DNA of 64,000 nucleotides from positions 7,440,001 to 7,504,000 of the forward strand of contig OU015567.1 of the NCBI GenBank assembly GCA_907165135.1, given 5' to 3'. The first letter of the stretch is position 1. Each line of letters opens with the position of its first letter. The notes beneath the pieces are model-generated. The model was not told the origin of the DNA and made no database searches. It saw nothing but the letters and a program-made list of their open reading frames with translations. Source of the stretch: Oikopleura dioica (taxonomy: Eukaryota > Animalia > Chordata). Below are positions 12,988-24,892 of the stretch, one piece after another. The position numbers were made by a program, and so were the translations under genes.

Positions 12988-13189
12988 GTAGTATGGTCTC
13001 AAAATTCGGCTACCCTCATTTTAGGTTAGTGTTAAGGGGGTTCCAAGGGGGCGAAGCCCCCTAGGTTAGGCCTAAGGGTTAGGAACTGGGTACTTTTACC
13101 CACGGGGGGTCCCGGGGGGCGAAGCCGCCGGGTTAGGAGTAGGGTTAGGAAAAAAAATTATACTTGGCCGAATTTTGAGGTCATACTAC
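12988..13189. mobile_element. Non-autonomous element core: 23-bp inverted repeats enclosing telomere-like TTAGG(G) tracts and two GCGAAGC hairpins
   Basis: gtagtatggtctcaaaattcggc (12988) vs gccgaattttgaggtcatactac (13167-13189); GGGGGCGAAGCCCCC-TAG at 13047; repeated tggcaaaa in the flanks. Confidence 0.6.
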
Positions 13190-13434
13190 CTGGCAAAAGG
13201 GCCCCCTCGTTAGCAGCATAAACTTTGGCAAAAGGGGTCATTGTTAGCCACTACATTCTAACGTAGTCAGCAAATCTGTTTAGCTCATTTTTATGAATAG
13301 GGCTGTTTATCCAGAGCTTTTATCATAAATTCACTTGTCCATTGTCAATCACGATATCTCAATGGATATAGAGTCGACTTATAAGAATGCCGTGTGGTTT
13401 CGTTTACAAAGCTAATTCCCTGGTAGAAAATGCT

Positions 13435-13614
13435 TCAATCAGACTTACCATCAACATGAAGTTGACGCTTGAAAGACTCTTCCTCTACCGGTGGATCCAC
13501 ATAATCAACCACCAGGTCTTCAAAAAAATGCAGGTAAGATTTCTCTATAAAGACAACCATGAACAAAAAAATCCAGAGTGCAAGATAAGAATTTCTTGAA
13601 TCAGTTAAATTCAT
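13435..13614 (-). CDS. 59-aa anchor+stem-only Gal3ST-derived mini-ORF 1 (or truncated pseudogene)
   Basis: MNLTDSRNSYLALWIFLFMVVFIEKSYLHFFEDLVVDYVDPPVEEESFKRQLHVDGKSD*; homologous to the Gal3ST N-terminus and has no catalytic domain. Confidence 0.5.
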   Translation of the reverse strand: MNLTDSRNSYLALWIFLFMVVFIEKSYLHFFEDLVVDYVDPPVEEESFKRQLHVDGKSD

Positions 13615-13835
13615 AGTTTATTTAAAAATCATTATTTTCTTTTGGGGTAAAATGCTGAGCAAATTTGTCTATCTCGTTTGAATCAAACGGTTTGATTAGA
13701 ATTAAATTGAATTCGCCATGAACGGCGATTTTTTATCTTGTATATAAGCTCAGTATTTATTCCATCAAAAGAGCGCCCAACTTCGAGGCGCTTTTTTCTG
13801 AAAATTTTGCAAGTTTTGTCACCAGCAAAAGATCA

Positions 13836-14056
13836 GCTCAGTGATTATCGAAAATGATCTGATCTGCTCAGCTCGGCTCAAAAAATGATCACTCAGCTCA
13901 GCTCAGCTCAATTATTTTCGAAAATGATCTGTTTTGCTCAGCTCAGCTCAGATAAGAATCACTCAGCTCAGCTCAGCTCAGCTCAACTACCTTAAAAAAG
14001 GTCAGTTCAGCTCAGCTCTGCTCAATGAGCTCGGAAAAAGGCCAGCTCAGCTCAGC
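13836..14056. repeat. GCTCA pentamer clusters, probably the interior of a non-autonomous element
   Basis: Several (cagct)n runs separated by short repeated spacers (aaaatgatc). Confidence 0.7.
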
Positions 14057-14214
14057 GAAAATAAAGCCAAATTTGCAATTCTGACTTATATTATATAAGT
14101 CTTATATAGATAAATAAGAATAAAGTTGATGGTGAAAACGAGTCAAGACTGTATATCGTTTTTTCTGACATAAAGTGATATTGAAAGATAGAGAAAGTGT
14201 TTATATTTATTTCA

Positions 14215-15300
14215 TTATTTAGATCTCAATTTTTGTGAAGATGATTTCTTGAGATTCTGCATGTATCTACAAAACTCTTTCCCTTCTAAATTCAGCAGTT
14301 CGTCAGATCTATCCGCTCTTTGCTTGAACTCGTTGAATATTTTTAATTCCTTCTCCATTTTTTCAACGCCGAATTCTTCGATTTTCTTGAACAATGTTCT
14401 ATTGGCAGCTTCGTGAATTGCTTTATCGACTTTTTGGCGATCCAGAATTTTTTCTATCATTTCTTGAGAAAGATCATCGACGCGGAACTCTTTTTTCTGG
14501 TTCATTTTCGCGCTGAAATAAACGATATCTTCATATTTGAGCCTCAAAAGTTCCTTCAGAAGAATCAAGCTTTCATCGAAATGCTCAGTTATCAGAATAA
14601 GATCGTAGTATTCGACAAGCCATTCGGCCACAGCCTCTTCTGATCCTAGCTCTTCATAAATATCCATCAACCCTAAACATTACGGTGAGAAAAAGAAGAT
14701 CATTCTAGTACCTAAATCGAAAGCACACGGATTTCGCCCATTTTCCAAAAAACTCGCATTGCCGACCCTTTTTCCAAGATTTTCTTTAGCAATAAATTGT
14801 TCAAAAGCTTCGTATTTTTTGCTGCTATTTTTGAATCCCATCGCTGCGTGCGGAAAATAAAACCAAGCCGAGATGGTCTGAGTTACTGGGTCGCGTAAAA
14901 TTGTAATTTTCTTTGCAGTTGGCAGTGCCTTATCGATGAAAGGCGACCAAACATGATGATTGGCGATGACTTGGTAATTGCCATCATGTTCGTCCGTACA
15001 GTTAGCTTTGATCGGTCTGTGTTTGCAGAGATAAACTTCGTCTCCTCTTGGTAAGCCCACTGTCAAGTTGTACGTCAAGGCGTATCGATAAATGATGTTT
15101 TGCAATGTTGAACTTCCAGTTTTGTGCGTTTTCATGAAATAAACTGGGTAAGCTTGAAAAGGTTCTTCCACTACCGGTGGATCCACATATTCAACCACCA
15201 GGTCTTCAGAAAAACGCAGGTACGATTTCTCTATAAAGACAACAATGAATAAAAAAGATATAACGACCAGATAAGGGGTTTCTGAATCGGATAAGTTCAT
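14215..15300 (-). CDS. Galactose-3-O-sulfotransferase family member, copy B (tandem duplicate)
   Basis: Highly similar to copy A with the same intron position. Confidence 0.9.
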
Positions 15301-15459
15301 CGTTTAGCTGTGAAAATCATATTCTTTTTGAGTAAAATAGCGAGAAAATCCAACGCATTTATCTTAAATTCAACGGTCCATTGTCAATGGATATAGAGTC
15401 GACTTACAAGAATACCGTGTGGTTTCGTTTACAAAGCTAATTCCCTGATAGAAAATGCT

Positions 15460-15639
15460 TCAATCAGACTTACCATCACCATGAAGTTGACGCTTGAAAG
15501 GCTCTTGAGCTACCGTTGGACCCATATAAGCAACCACTAGGCTTTCAAAAAAATGTAGGTATGATTTCTCTATAAACACCACGATGAACAATATAATCCA
15601 GAGTGCAAGATAAGAGGTTCTTGAATCAGGCAATATCAT
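15460..15639 (-). CDS. 59-aa anchor+stem-only Gal3ST-derived mini-ORF 2 (or truncated pseudogene)
   Basis: MILPDSRTSYLALWIILFIVVFIEKSYLHFFESLVVAYMGPTVAQEPFKRQLHGDGKSD*; same length and ending as mini-ORF 1. Confidence 0.5.
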   Translation of the reverse strand: MILPDSRTSYLALWIILFIVVFIEKSYLHFFESLVVAYMGPTVAQEPFKRQLHGDGKSD

Positions 15640-17342
15640 CGTTCATTTAAAAATCATTAAAACAATTGTCTTTTGGGGTAAAATGCTGAGCAAATTTGTG
15701 AAGCTCCTTATATTGCTGAACGGCGATTTTTTATCTTGTTTATCAGAACGAAAGCACGGTAGTTATTAATCTTAAGAGCGTGCAAGATAGAACGCGTTTT
15801 TGCCAAAATGCTGAAAACAAATTGAGACTGTATAATATACAGTGTATATCGTCATTTTTTTTGACATAACTGATATTGAAGTTGTGCATGAATTTCTAAT
15901 GCTCTCGAAAATAAAATTCTCATCGGTCCTGATTCAAACAAAGGCAGAAAGTGAAGAGCAGCTAATGAATCAGGGCGGTGACAGGTTTATTATTTTAATA
16001 GAAGGTGGCTTTCTGACTGTCAAAAGACGAAACTCGTAATGGAGCTAATTGAAGTAATTAAAAATGCAACCGCGAATGGCAAAAAACCCTAGCATCGAAA
16101 AGACCAAAGAAAATAGTTGTATTTTTTCTTAAGAAAGAGGAGTTCAAAAAAAATGAAGACTAGCAAAAGAGCTTCGGCGTTGAAAAAATCCGGCAAAAAA
16201 CGTAAGTTCGAAATAATTTTCTAAATAAAAATAATTTTCAATAAAAAGTTAAGCCAGCTTTTTTTCGCAGGCTTGAATTTTTAACGAGCAGCGCTTGAAT
16301 TCGCGCTAAAAGGCCTGATTTCTCATGTTCCTAATGTCCGAATCGAGACCAGCTGGTGAATTCTTAATGCTTTCTCGTTTCAGATAAATCTTTCAAGAAC
16401 AAAAAAAAACTCAAAAAGAAAATTAAACAAAAACGTCTCCGCTAAAACATGTGCTAAAAGAGCAATCCAGAGCTATTTTTGAAAACATAGAGAAAAAGCC
16501 GAAAACAAGGAAAAATGGAAATTCTTCCAGTGAAATGCTTAAAGGACGAGCATTTTTTATTCTTTCATAATTCGTGGCAACTGTATTACATTCCTGAAGG
16601 AAGAGCTTTCGGATAATCAAAAATCAATCTTCAATTTAAAAATTTTAAAAATCCTCGTTTTTATCAAGCAGTCGTTATTAATAAATTCATATTGAAACAA
16701 GTACCGATACTTGGACCTTTCAATAAACATTTGAATCAATTGCCGCTGACTTTTCCATTTCTTTAGCGGCTTTGATCCTTCTATGAACCCTTTTTTCACC
16801 GCCTGAATATTTTATTATTGAAAGCTGAATATTAGAAACTTCAACTTTCAACTGCAAGAAAACCGAACAGGAAGCAGCGCCATCGGTTCTACCAGCTCTT
16901 GAAAATCCAGCTAGAGAGACCCATTCTGACTCTGGATTTGTCAGAGAAAAGAGACGTTATCCGCCGCCTTATTTTAGCAGTAAGAAATTTAGTATTAATT
17001 ATTTGCCGAGAAAATATATAGCGAAAAAAGTCGGATCAAATGATGATGATACTAATAATCAATATTGACGCAGTTGGAATAGAGAAAGGGTCTATTTTTT
17101 ACTTCTATTTTTTCATATTCTCGTTACTGTAAAATTACAGTATGGGAGGAGACATACGGGAGCATATTAAAAAGGCATATGCTAAGAGGGTATTGGTGAT
17201 TAAAGGTGATTTGACATTGATAGTAGAGTTGGATATAAAAATGTCATCAATCGAGCGAGGGTGATTCTGAAGACAGGTCGTTTCCTCGCGCAATTTTAAC
17301 TTGAAATTGAATTTTTAAAAATTCATCCTTTTTGAATGAAAA

Positions 17343-18685
17343 ATGGCGCGTAAATGGACGACGCCGCGTAAAACAAGAGTTTTAGGTCAGAGAATGCCGC
17401 CCAAGGGAGGAAGCAATCAGAGGAACGCGCGGCCGCGGCAGGACATTGTCCAGTGGGCGGCGGAAGTCAACAATCAAGGCCAGCAAAATTGTAATAATGA
17501 GCAGGGACAATTGCAGGACTCAAGAGTGCCGCCGATTTCAGATGGAGGGGCTGAGCAGGGACCGACTTTTCTACCCGACGGAAGGAACAGTGATTTCGCA
17601 TTTCTGCTCATATTTATGATGCTCTCTTATAATTAACTTATTCAAAAATCACGTGAACAGATCAGTCTGGCACACAAACGACGGCGGCTACTATATTTAC
17701 TCTCCGACGGATTTCGGCGGTTCTGCCAGCTCGTTGAATCGCGTCAACCCGCCATACCAAATCGCCGAGATCGGCGCCGCAAAAGGAAAACACAAGTGGG
17801 ACGATCTTTATTATTTCGGCGCGCTGGCTGCATCTAGACATGCAACTACCCATGTCTTCTCGGGAATAGTGGCGACGATCTTCGGGTTGATTGTGATGAA
17901 GACGCAGGCTTTTCAGGTAGACAGGAGCAGTTTTTTGTTGGATGAGCGAGGTGGTTAATTTTGGATTTTGAAATAACTTGTTTCAAGTGGATGTACTCGG
18001 AGGGCATTATCGCAGGTGGACTCTTCTTCCTCTGCGGCTTCATCTGCTGCCTTTGCTGCTCACCAAAAACCTCTGTTTTCACCTGTATTTTCTCGAGTAT
18101 CATAGCCATCATTTTAATCGCCCATGTTGCCATCGTTTTCTACGTAGAAGGTAACCAATTCTATCCTCTATTCGGTGCAATTGGGACTCGATAATTTCGA
18201 AGTTTTTGATTCGCTGATGAAAAGAATACTGGCTTTTGATTGGTCGAATATTCATAAATGTTCGAATGATCGATATTTCCAGGAGAACTTCTTCTTATGA
18301 TTTTTTAAGGTTATCGAGTTCGGGAAATCTGGGAAACACGTGACAATGTCCTGGGCCTCTGGTCTGTTTTGGGGTGTACAATGGCTGGAGTTATTGAACT
18401 CCTTTTAGGTAGAAAATCCTTTTTTTCATTTAGCTCATTTTTAAAGGTCTTTCGTCGTGTTCTGCCTGTTTAACCTACGCTGACATCGTCGACCGGTTGG
18501 CGATGAGGAAGCAGCAAATGAATCTAGCTAACCAGTACCCAGGTTTTATGAGCACCATTGCTGGTTCAAATGATAACGATTTCGCCTCGTCCCTTAGAGT
18601 TTCTAATAGATCGAGTTTGAAGCATCACGGGGAAAGAGTCTCCCTCTGCTCTGAACTCGAGCAATCCGCGGAGTTGACGGAATAA
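17343..18685 (+). CDS. Multi-exon multi-pass membrane protein, MS4A/tetraspan-like; boundaries uncertain
   Basis: Hydrophobic segments HVFSGIVATIFGLIV, WMYSEGIIAGGLFFLCGFICC, VFTCIFSSIIAIILIAHVAIVFY joined by GT-AG introns; the W..GI..G.F motif resembles the CD20/MS4A family. Confidence 0.45.
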
Positions 18686-19084
18686 TTCGCTATCATTTGA
18701 TCCTTTTGTAGAAATAGAACTAACTGAAGAACTAATCGAACAGTAGAATCACCCTTACTAATCATTAGATCGCTTTGGATCACTTCTTTCTTCCTGGTCA
18801 TCGCGATCCGATCTTGGCCTCAACGGAGGAAGAAACACAGGCATTGACGAAGAAGATGAACTCGACGCCGCTAAAGGTTTGATTTTGCTGCTTGTTAGGA
18901 ACGTTTTGATAACGCTTTTGGAAAGATTCAGAATATGAGTTCCTGATAATGAGTCCGTTATCGATAAAACCTTCCAGTAGGAATTTCCTGTCTGGTCAAT
19001 GGAAATTTTTTATTTTGAAAATCAGAAACTTTCTTAAATGCGAAAAATTAAAAATCAAATGAATCGAAAGAATATTCTTTCAAG

Positions 19085-19294
19085 ATGATCCAAAAAATGG
19101 ATAAAATCTCCTCGTTTTTGACCATTTTTTCAGACCAAATGGACGACCAAGGAATGGAACAAGGAGCTCTGGACGATTTCATGGAAAACGACTTGGCGAA
19201 TATGGCGGAACGCGATGCAGAAGTCGAACTTGTCATGGCCGAGTACGACGCCGGCGATGCAGGTGGTGATGCTGGCTATGATGTCAATGATTAA
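19085..19294 (+). CDS. Acidic terminal exon of an unresolved gene (possibly the 3' end of the upstream membrane protein)
   Basis: tttttcag acceptor followed by DQMDDQGMEQGALDDFMENDLANMAERDAEVELV…*. Confidence 0.35.
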   Translation: MIQKMDKISSFLTIFSDQMDDQGMEQGALDDFMENDLANMAERDAEVELVMAEYDAGDAGGDAGYDVND

Positions 19295-19798
19295 TTTAAC
19301 CTCGTTTCCTTATTTATAAAGAGCTTATTTACGATTTGCATATTGGTTATTTACTAATATTTCCTCTTTTTTTTAATTTCACTGTACAATCACTTTCAAA
19401 CTCACTGCTGCCGAAAAGAAAATTTGGAGGCGACCAAATTTTCAAAACGTCAAAAATAACAAATCAAAAATTTTCGAAATCTTCGAAATCAAGGAAGAGA
19501 ATGACTGAAAATTTGAAAGTTTGTATTGAAAAAAGATACAGCGAAAAAAAATTAGACTTTTGTTTTAAGATTTTTGAAAGAACGGCTTCAACTCATCTCT
19601 GTATTTTTTTTATCATTTTCTGCTGTTGAAATAAAATAACTATCATAACCTTTAATTTTCTGATATGAAAAGAAAATTCTAACGAGCCAAGTTGGCAATT
19701 AGTTAGACTCTAACTGTTAGACAGTAAAAGATTCATACATACTACTGTATTCAATCAGAGAACAGCATGCAAACAGAACAGAATAGTAAATACTGAAT

Positions 19799-21809
19799 TC
19801 AGCCAAAATAAGAATCAAGTGGATATGCATCTTCGCCATGTTTCAGCTTATCCAATCCGTATTTTTCTATGCTAGCAGGGACTCGTAGAAGTTTGAGCTT
19901 TTTGAGAGACCAGAAAACAGCCCCAGACAGGGCAATTGTCCACACTAGAATGGCAAGAGTTCCGGCAATGTTCCAGCCGAGGACTTTCCACTCAAAGAAG
20001 TCGCATCGAAAATCAGTCCCGTTTGGATATTTTCGGATGTATTCGAGCTCTTGGACGGGACAAATGTCGAAAGCTGAAAATACAGTTGATGCGTAAAAGA
20101 CGATATAATCCTTACCAATGAGTCCATCATGCTTGAAAATCGGCGTCAAGAAGATTCCAACAAGTCCTCCTCCAAGATGAATCGGCGAAGCAGTCAAAGG
20201 GTCGTCGATTTCAAATTTTTCCAGGAGGTTTTTCGAGAAGATCATAAAGAGTGCCCCTAAAATTAATTTTCATAACGACTACCGTCACGGTAATGCATGC
20301 AGAAACTAATAACAATCGAGTTTTCTGACGGGTTTCATGATAAAATTGACAGTTCAATCGATGAACAAGGAAAAAGGCCGCATAATTTTGATCGGCTCTC
20401 TTAATAAAAATGTTCGGCTTCTTATTATTATTCCTTTTAACCCGGCTTCAGCTCGGGAAATTGTGATTTCTCACTTCAAGTTAGAGAAAGATTACGATCC
20501 GTGGCGCATCTTCGACTCTCACATCATGGAGAACTACTTGGAATCGCTAGAACATCAGATTTTTATGCAAAAATATGTGATGGGCTACTGGCCGGAGAAT
20601 TGAATAAATATCGAAAAATCATTCTTACCTAAAGAGCCGACAAGAAGAGAGTAAGCCTGTGTCAAGCTATTGCTTCCCGCAGCAATGGCTACCCATCCAG
20701 CAAGAGCGCCATTCATCAGATAGTAAAGCGAAATGTCAGCGTAACCCCTTTTCCATCGCAGGGTCAAGTAATTGTAGGCCAGCGAAACGATGCCTCCCGC
20801 CGAACCGCCGAGGATCGTATTGACAAAGATTTTAGCAACAGTTGTTCCGTGATTTCCGGGGCCAACAATTGCCAGTTCTGATCCTCCATTGAAGCATAAA
20901 AAGCCAATAAAGAGGAATAGGAAACCAAGATTGATGAGTGGAACACTATGGCCGAAGAACAGTCCTTCGTTTTCCTAGAAACAGGAATAAACAAATATTC
21001 GTTGATTCGTATCGAAGCCTTACCTTTCCAAAACGGCCTCCTCTCGGACCCATAAACCACGCTCCAATCAACCCGGCGACGCCACCTGTGCAATGGACAA
21101 CGGCCGAACCAGCGAAATCAATAAATTGGACTGGTTGATTCTGGTCGTAGAAGAAAGTCCCGTTGGAGGAGTAATCGTGGCGGTAGAAATTCTCAATCTT
21201 CGGATTTCGTAGCCATCCAGTTTCTGTCCAAGACCAGTGCGCGACTACGGGGAAGATAAAGCCCGTTATAAAGGTCGTGTAGATTATATAAGCGCCAATC
21301 TTAAACGGATGGTCATTTTGAATCATGGAAAAAAGCTTATTTACCTGAGAACGCTCAGCAACAGAGCCGGAAACAATTGTTGCTGCGTTGACAGCGAAAG
21401 AAAACATAAAAATCCAAAAAGCGAAACCACTTCTTTCTGGCTCGTAGGGGTTTCCCATGTCGAAAAAGAATTTAAGCCCGATAAAACGATTCGAGCTTGC
21501 ATGAGGATGATCTTCGGGGAGGTCTCCAAAAGCAAAGGCGAATCCAACTGCCCAGAAAACAAGAGCTCCAATAACTAGAATTTTTTTCAGAAATGCTTGT
21601 CTCTTTTCTTACTTACAGAAGTCTAAAATATTCTTCCAAATAATGTTGACTGTATTCATCGCTCTTACAGATCCTGCCTCTAGAAACGCAAAGCCAAACT
21701 GCATCAAGAGCACAAACCATGCCATGATCAACAAAAAGTAATCATTCATATCATTTTCGTGCTTAGAAATTTCATTCGCCAAATTTATCCTGTCTTGTTC
21801 TTCGCTCAT
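19799..21809 (-). CDS. AMT: Ammonium transporter (Amt family), 5 exons
   Basis: LMQFGFAFLEAGSVR, DFAGSAVVHCTGG, FNGGS, DDPLTASPIHLGGG; both pore histidines present; GT-AG introns. Confidence 0.95.
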
Positions 21810-22488
21810 TTTTCTCTGTATTTTTTTTGTCAACTGAGAAGCGGTCAACAGGTTGCTGGACGAATAAATACGCACTTGGGAAAATTATGACAGGTGCCAT
21901 AAAATGGCGTTTTCAGGTCATGATGCGCGATATAAATCTAACCCGTTTAAGTGGGATTTATATAGGGTTATAAAATGCCGCTACTAATTACTGCCTGCCT
22001 CTGAAATTTATTGTTCCAAGTTGTGCTGACGTTGCATAAGGAGGACCTTCAGGCTGAAGGCCTCAAATCAGAAAAAGAGCCGTAAAGGTAAGAGTTCCCT
22101 CTGACAGTTGATTAGTATGTACACAGTTCTAGTGCTTTTTCGAAATGTCCAATAACTAACATCGTCGAATAGAGTTCATTTGTAGGTAAGACCTTCGAAT
22201 AAGACCCGAAAACAGAAAGACACTTTTTCAAATCAAATGTGTCCTAATATCATGAGAAGCGATTAATGCTAAATCGCCTCCCTTTCCACTTTTTTTTCTA
22301 TTTGAATGGTTGCCCTGGTGAGCGCACTTGGACGATTTGCACAAAAAAGTATCTACAGTGGTGTTGTAGTTGACACTTCACAGTATAATCTGTTGCACAG
22401 TAACTATCAATAAACTGTTATTCATCTCCTAAAAAATTCGAATTTTAACTCTCACCCTATTCAACCAGAGGAAAGAATTGACTAGAGG

Positions 22489-24072
22489 ATGTCCTGTAAA
22501 AGTGCCTTTGGGAAAGGATTTTGAAGTATCAAAAATGAATTTCAAAATTGAAATTATTCAAACAATCTTCAGTGAGCGTCATTTTACTGACTCGAAGTTT
22601 TCGAGTCGAAAGAACTTTTATAAAAAAAATCCTCTGAAAGATCAAGAACTCCTCGTTTCGCGACAAAAGGTGTCCATCCAGACTGGAAACTGCCCGGCGA
22701 TTATTTGCAAATCTACTACGAGCCTGAAGTGCACGCTGATAGAAAGACAGAATTTTACAATGTTCAGACAGGTCCTTTCACGGAGGATCATGCTCGCAAA
22801 CTTCGGTAAACGCCCAAAATATTACTCAATAAGCTTTTTTTTCGCAGCGATAGTCCAGGTTGGAAGAAAGGCTTCGACTTGTCAAAAGAAATGGCGATTC
22901 CGCATTTGCTTTACAAACCGCAGTTTGAAAAGAACAAGGAAATCGAGGCCCGATTTGGCCCGGGAATGTACAAGCACACCGACTTCATTCAGGAAATGAA
23001 CAAAAAGCCAAGCTCGAAATTGGCGCTCTACGACCGGCCGGAATCAAGGAGAACTCCGAAAAACGATACTCCTGGTCCAGGAGAGTATACTCCAAAGAAA
23101 AGGGCAACAACGGTCAAATCGGTCAATGGGACCTATGAATTGAGTCCCACTTCGTTCAGGAGAAACGAAATTAACCTCCTCGATCATCCCTCTCAGCCCT
23201 CTGATCGGTATCAAACTTCCTCTATTCTTTATAAATTTGCTTCAAGATCGAGCTCTTTCAATCGAGAAACCAACCTCTTCCCGGGCGCTTTTCACAAAAA
23301 TCTTTCACTGAAGAAATTTTGTCAAAGCAAGTCTCGAAACGCGGCCCTTACGATCTGTACTCTGGCAAAATCGGGCTCAAAATCCGGAAAAACGATGGCA
23401 TCGGGCCTGGAGCATACGAAGTACAGTCGTTTACAGGTATTTTTTCAAGAGGTTCTTTCTTTTATGCTTTCGAAAAGATGTCCTGCAGAAAGAGAACAAA
23501 GGCAAGTTCAACATGAACAAGTATCAGTACAATCCATCAAGACTTGCCAGGCATTTACCGTAAGTCTCATTATTAAAACAGATTTGAAAAGCGTCAACCC
23601 TAGGCCATCAGACAACCCAGCTCCGTCAGACTACAGCCCTCATTCTTCTTCTACAACGACTGATAAAACACCGGCGGGAAAACGGGCTCCATTTTTGACA
23701 TCAGCACCGCGGGAGAGAAAAAACTACAGAATGCCGTGCGAGGGATGGACGGATATCAACAGATTCTCGCGTTATCAATCCAAGTAAACCCATTTTCATT
23801 GTCAAATCAAGGGTCAAATCAATGCTTTCAGAAAAGTACTCGGGCCAAAAGTAGAGCCGAAGCAACCCAGATTTGTGCATCCAACAGCTGGGCTCAGCAA
23901 CCTGTGTAGAAGACCTGAGTCAGGATACTGAAAAGCCGATTGAAATTAAGATTTTCAAGCTCTTTCGGGTCCCAGACTCAGCTTTTCTACACAGGTTGCT
24001 GAGCCCAGCCCAACAGACGACCAGCTTCATCAATCCCGGCTTCGACAAAATCGCTCAGTTTCCTTCGCCTAG
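22489..24072 (+). CDS. CIMAP2: Ciliary microtubule-associated protein CIMAP2/LEXM-like (STPG/PG-rich repeats)
   Basis: FGPGMYKHTDFIQEMNKKPSS, TPGPGEY, KQVSKRGPYDLYSG match recalled LEXM motifs ([33 protein letters not shown]). The model needs a GA-AG first intron, a +1 A at 23296-23300 and removal of the element at 23887-24009. Confidence 0.75.
23887..24009. mobile_element. Short palindromic MITE-like element, copy 1, inside the CIMAP2 last exon
   Basis: 25-bp perfect TIR gctgggctcagcaacctgtgtagaa; flanking direct repeat CCAACA(G). Confidence 0.85.
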
Positions 24073-24892
24073 TTCTAGAGCTGCAATCTACTGTAACTGT
24101 ACATTTTTATCAGAAAATATTACTGCTTCAAAAATACATGTAACGCAAAAATACGGTACATTCTCAAATGATGAAAAAGCATAAAGAAGAAACCATAATT
24201 CAAATATCGGACTTCTTCTAGAATCGGCGAAAACCGGGATGTTGTTGGTGACTGTAATTCAGTCTAGAGATGGAAAGCGTGGGGAAACCGACTGCCAAGC
24301 GGAAGTTTTTCCTCCGACAAGAAAAGAAGTCAGGTAAAATTCTAGAAGAGAGATTTTTTCTTGAATTTGAAAGATAATTATAATTAAAAAGAGATCCTGT
24401 GGACGTGTCACGCTTCTCCGATGCGTGCCCAAGCCTTGACTCGCTCGTCGATAACCAATGAGAGCTGAGCTCCATTTAGCCCGGGGGTGAGCCGTTCTCG
24501 CCCCCGCTGAATCTGATTGTAAGAAGGCTTGACTCAGAGTTCCTCACTGTGGAAGTTCATTCTCGCTCTTCAGAAATTGGGGCGCTCAGCGAATCAGTAC
24601 GCGGCGTTTGTGGCGGATCAACCAATAAGCGCCGCGCTTCGGGTCGCGCTCCCGAGCGAGATCTCTTGTTGCAGAAAACGCGCGCGCGCCGCCCCGAAAT
24701 CGCACTTTTTTTGTTTTGTTTTTTTCTTTTGCTGAAGAGATTTTGAAGTTGTGAATTTCAGAAGTTGCAAATCCACCCACCAGCGTCCAGGTTGGAATTA
24801 GAACGCTGTCAATCGGAGAGTCTGCCACGGAGATCAAACTCAAAAGCGAAAACAAAGAGAATGAAGAGTCAGAAAATGAAGAGAGAATGAAG

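Noticed and set aside
16153-16445. Possible small Lys-rich gene (MKTSKRASALKKSGKK… KNKKKLKKKIKQKRLR*)
   Set aside because: Splice signals are present but I could not join the exons into a stop-free frame.
6583-23300. Programmed ribosomal frameshifting at the two A5 runs
   Set aside because: No X-XXY-YYZ heptamer or downstream structure seen; homopolymer error is more parsimonious.
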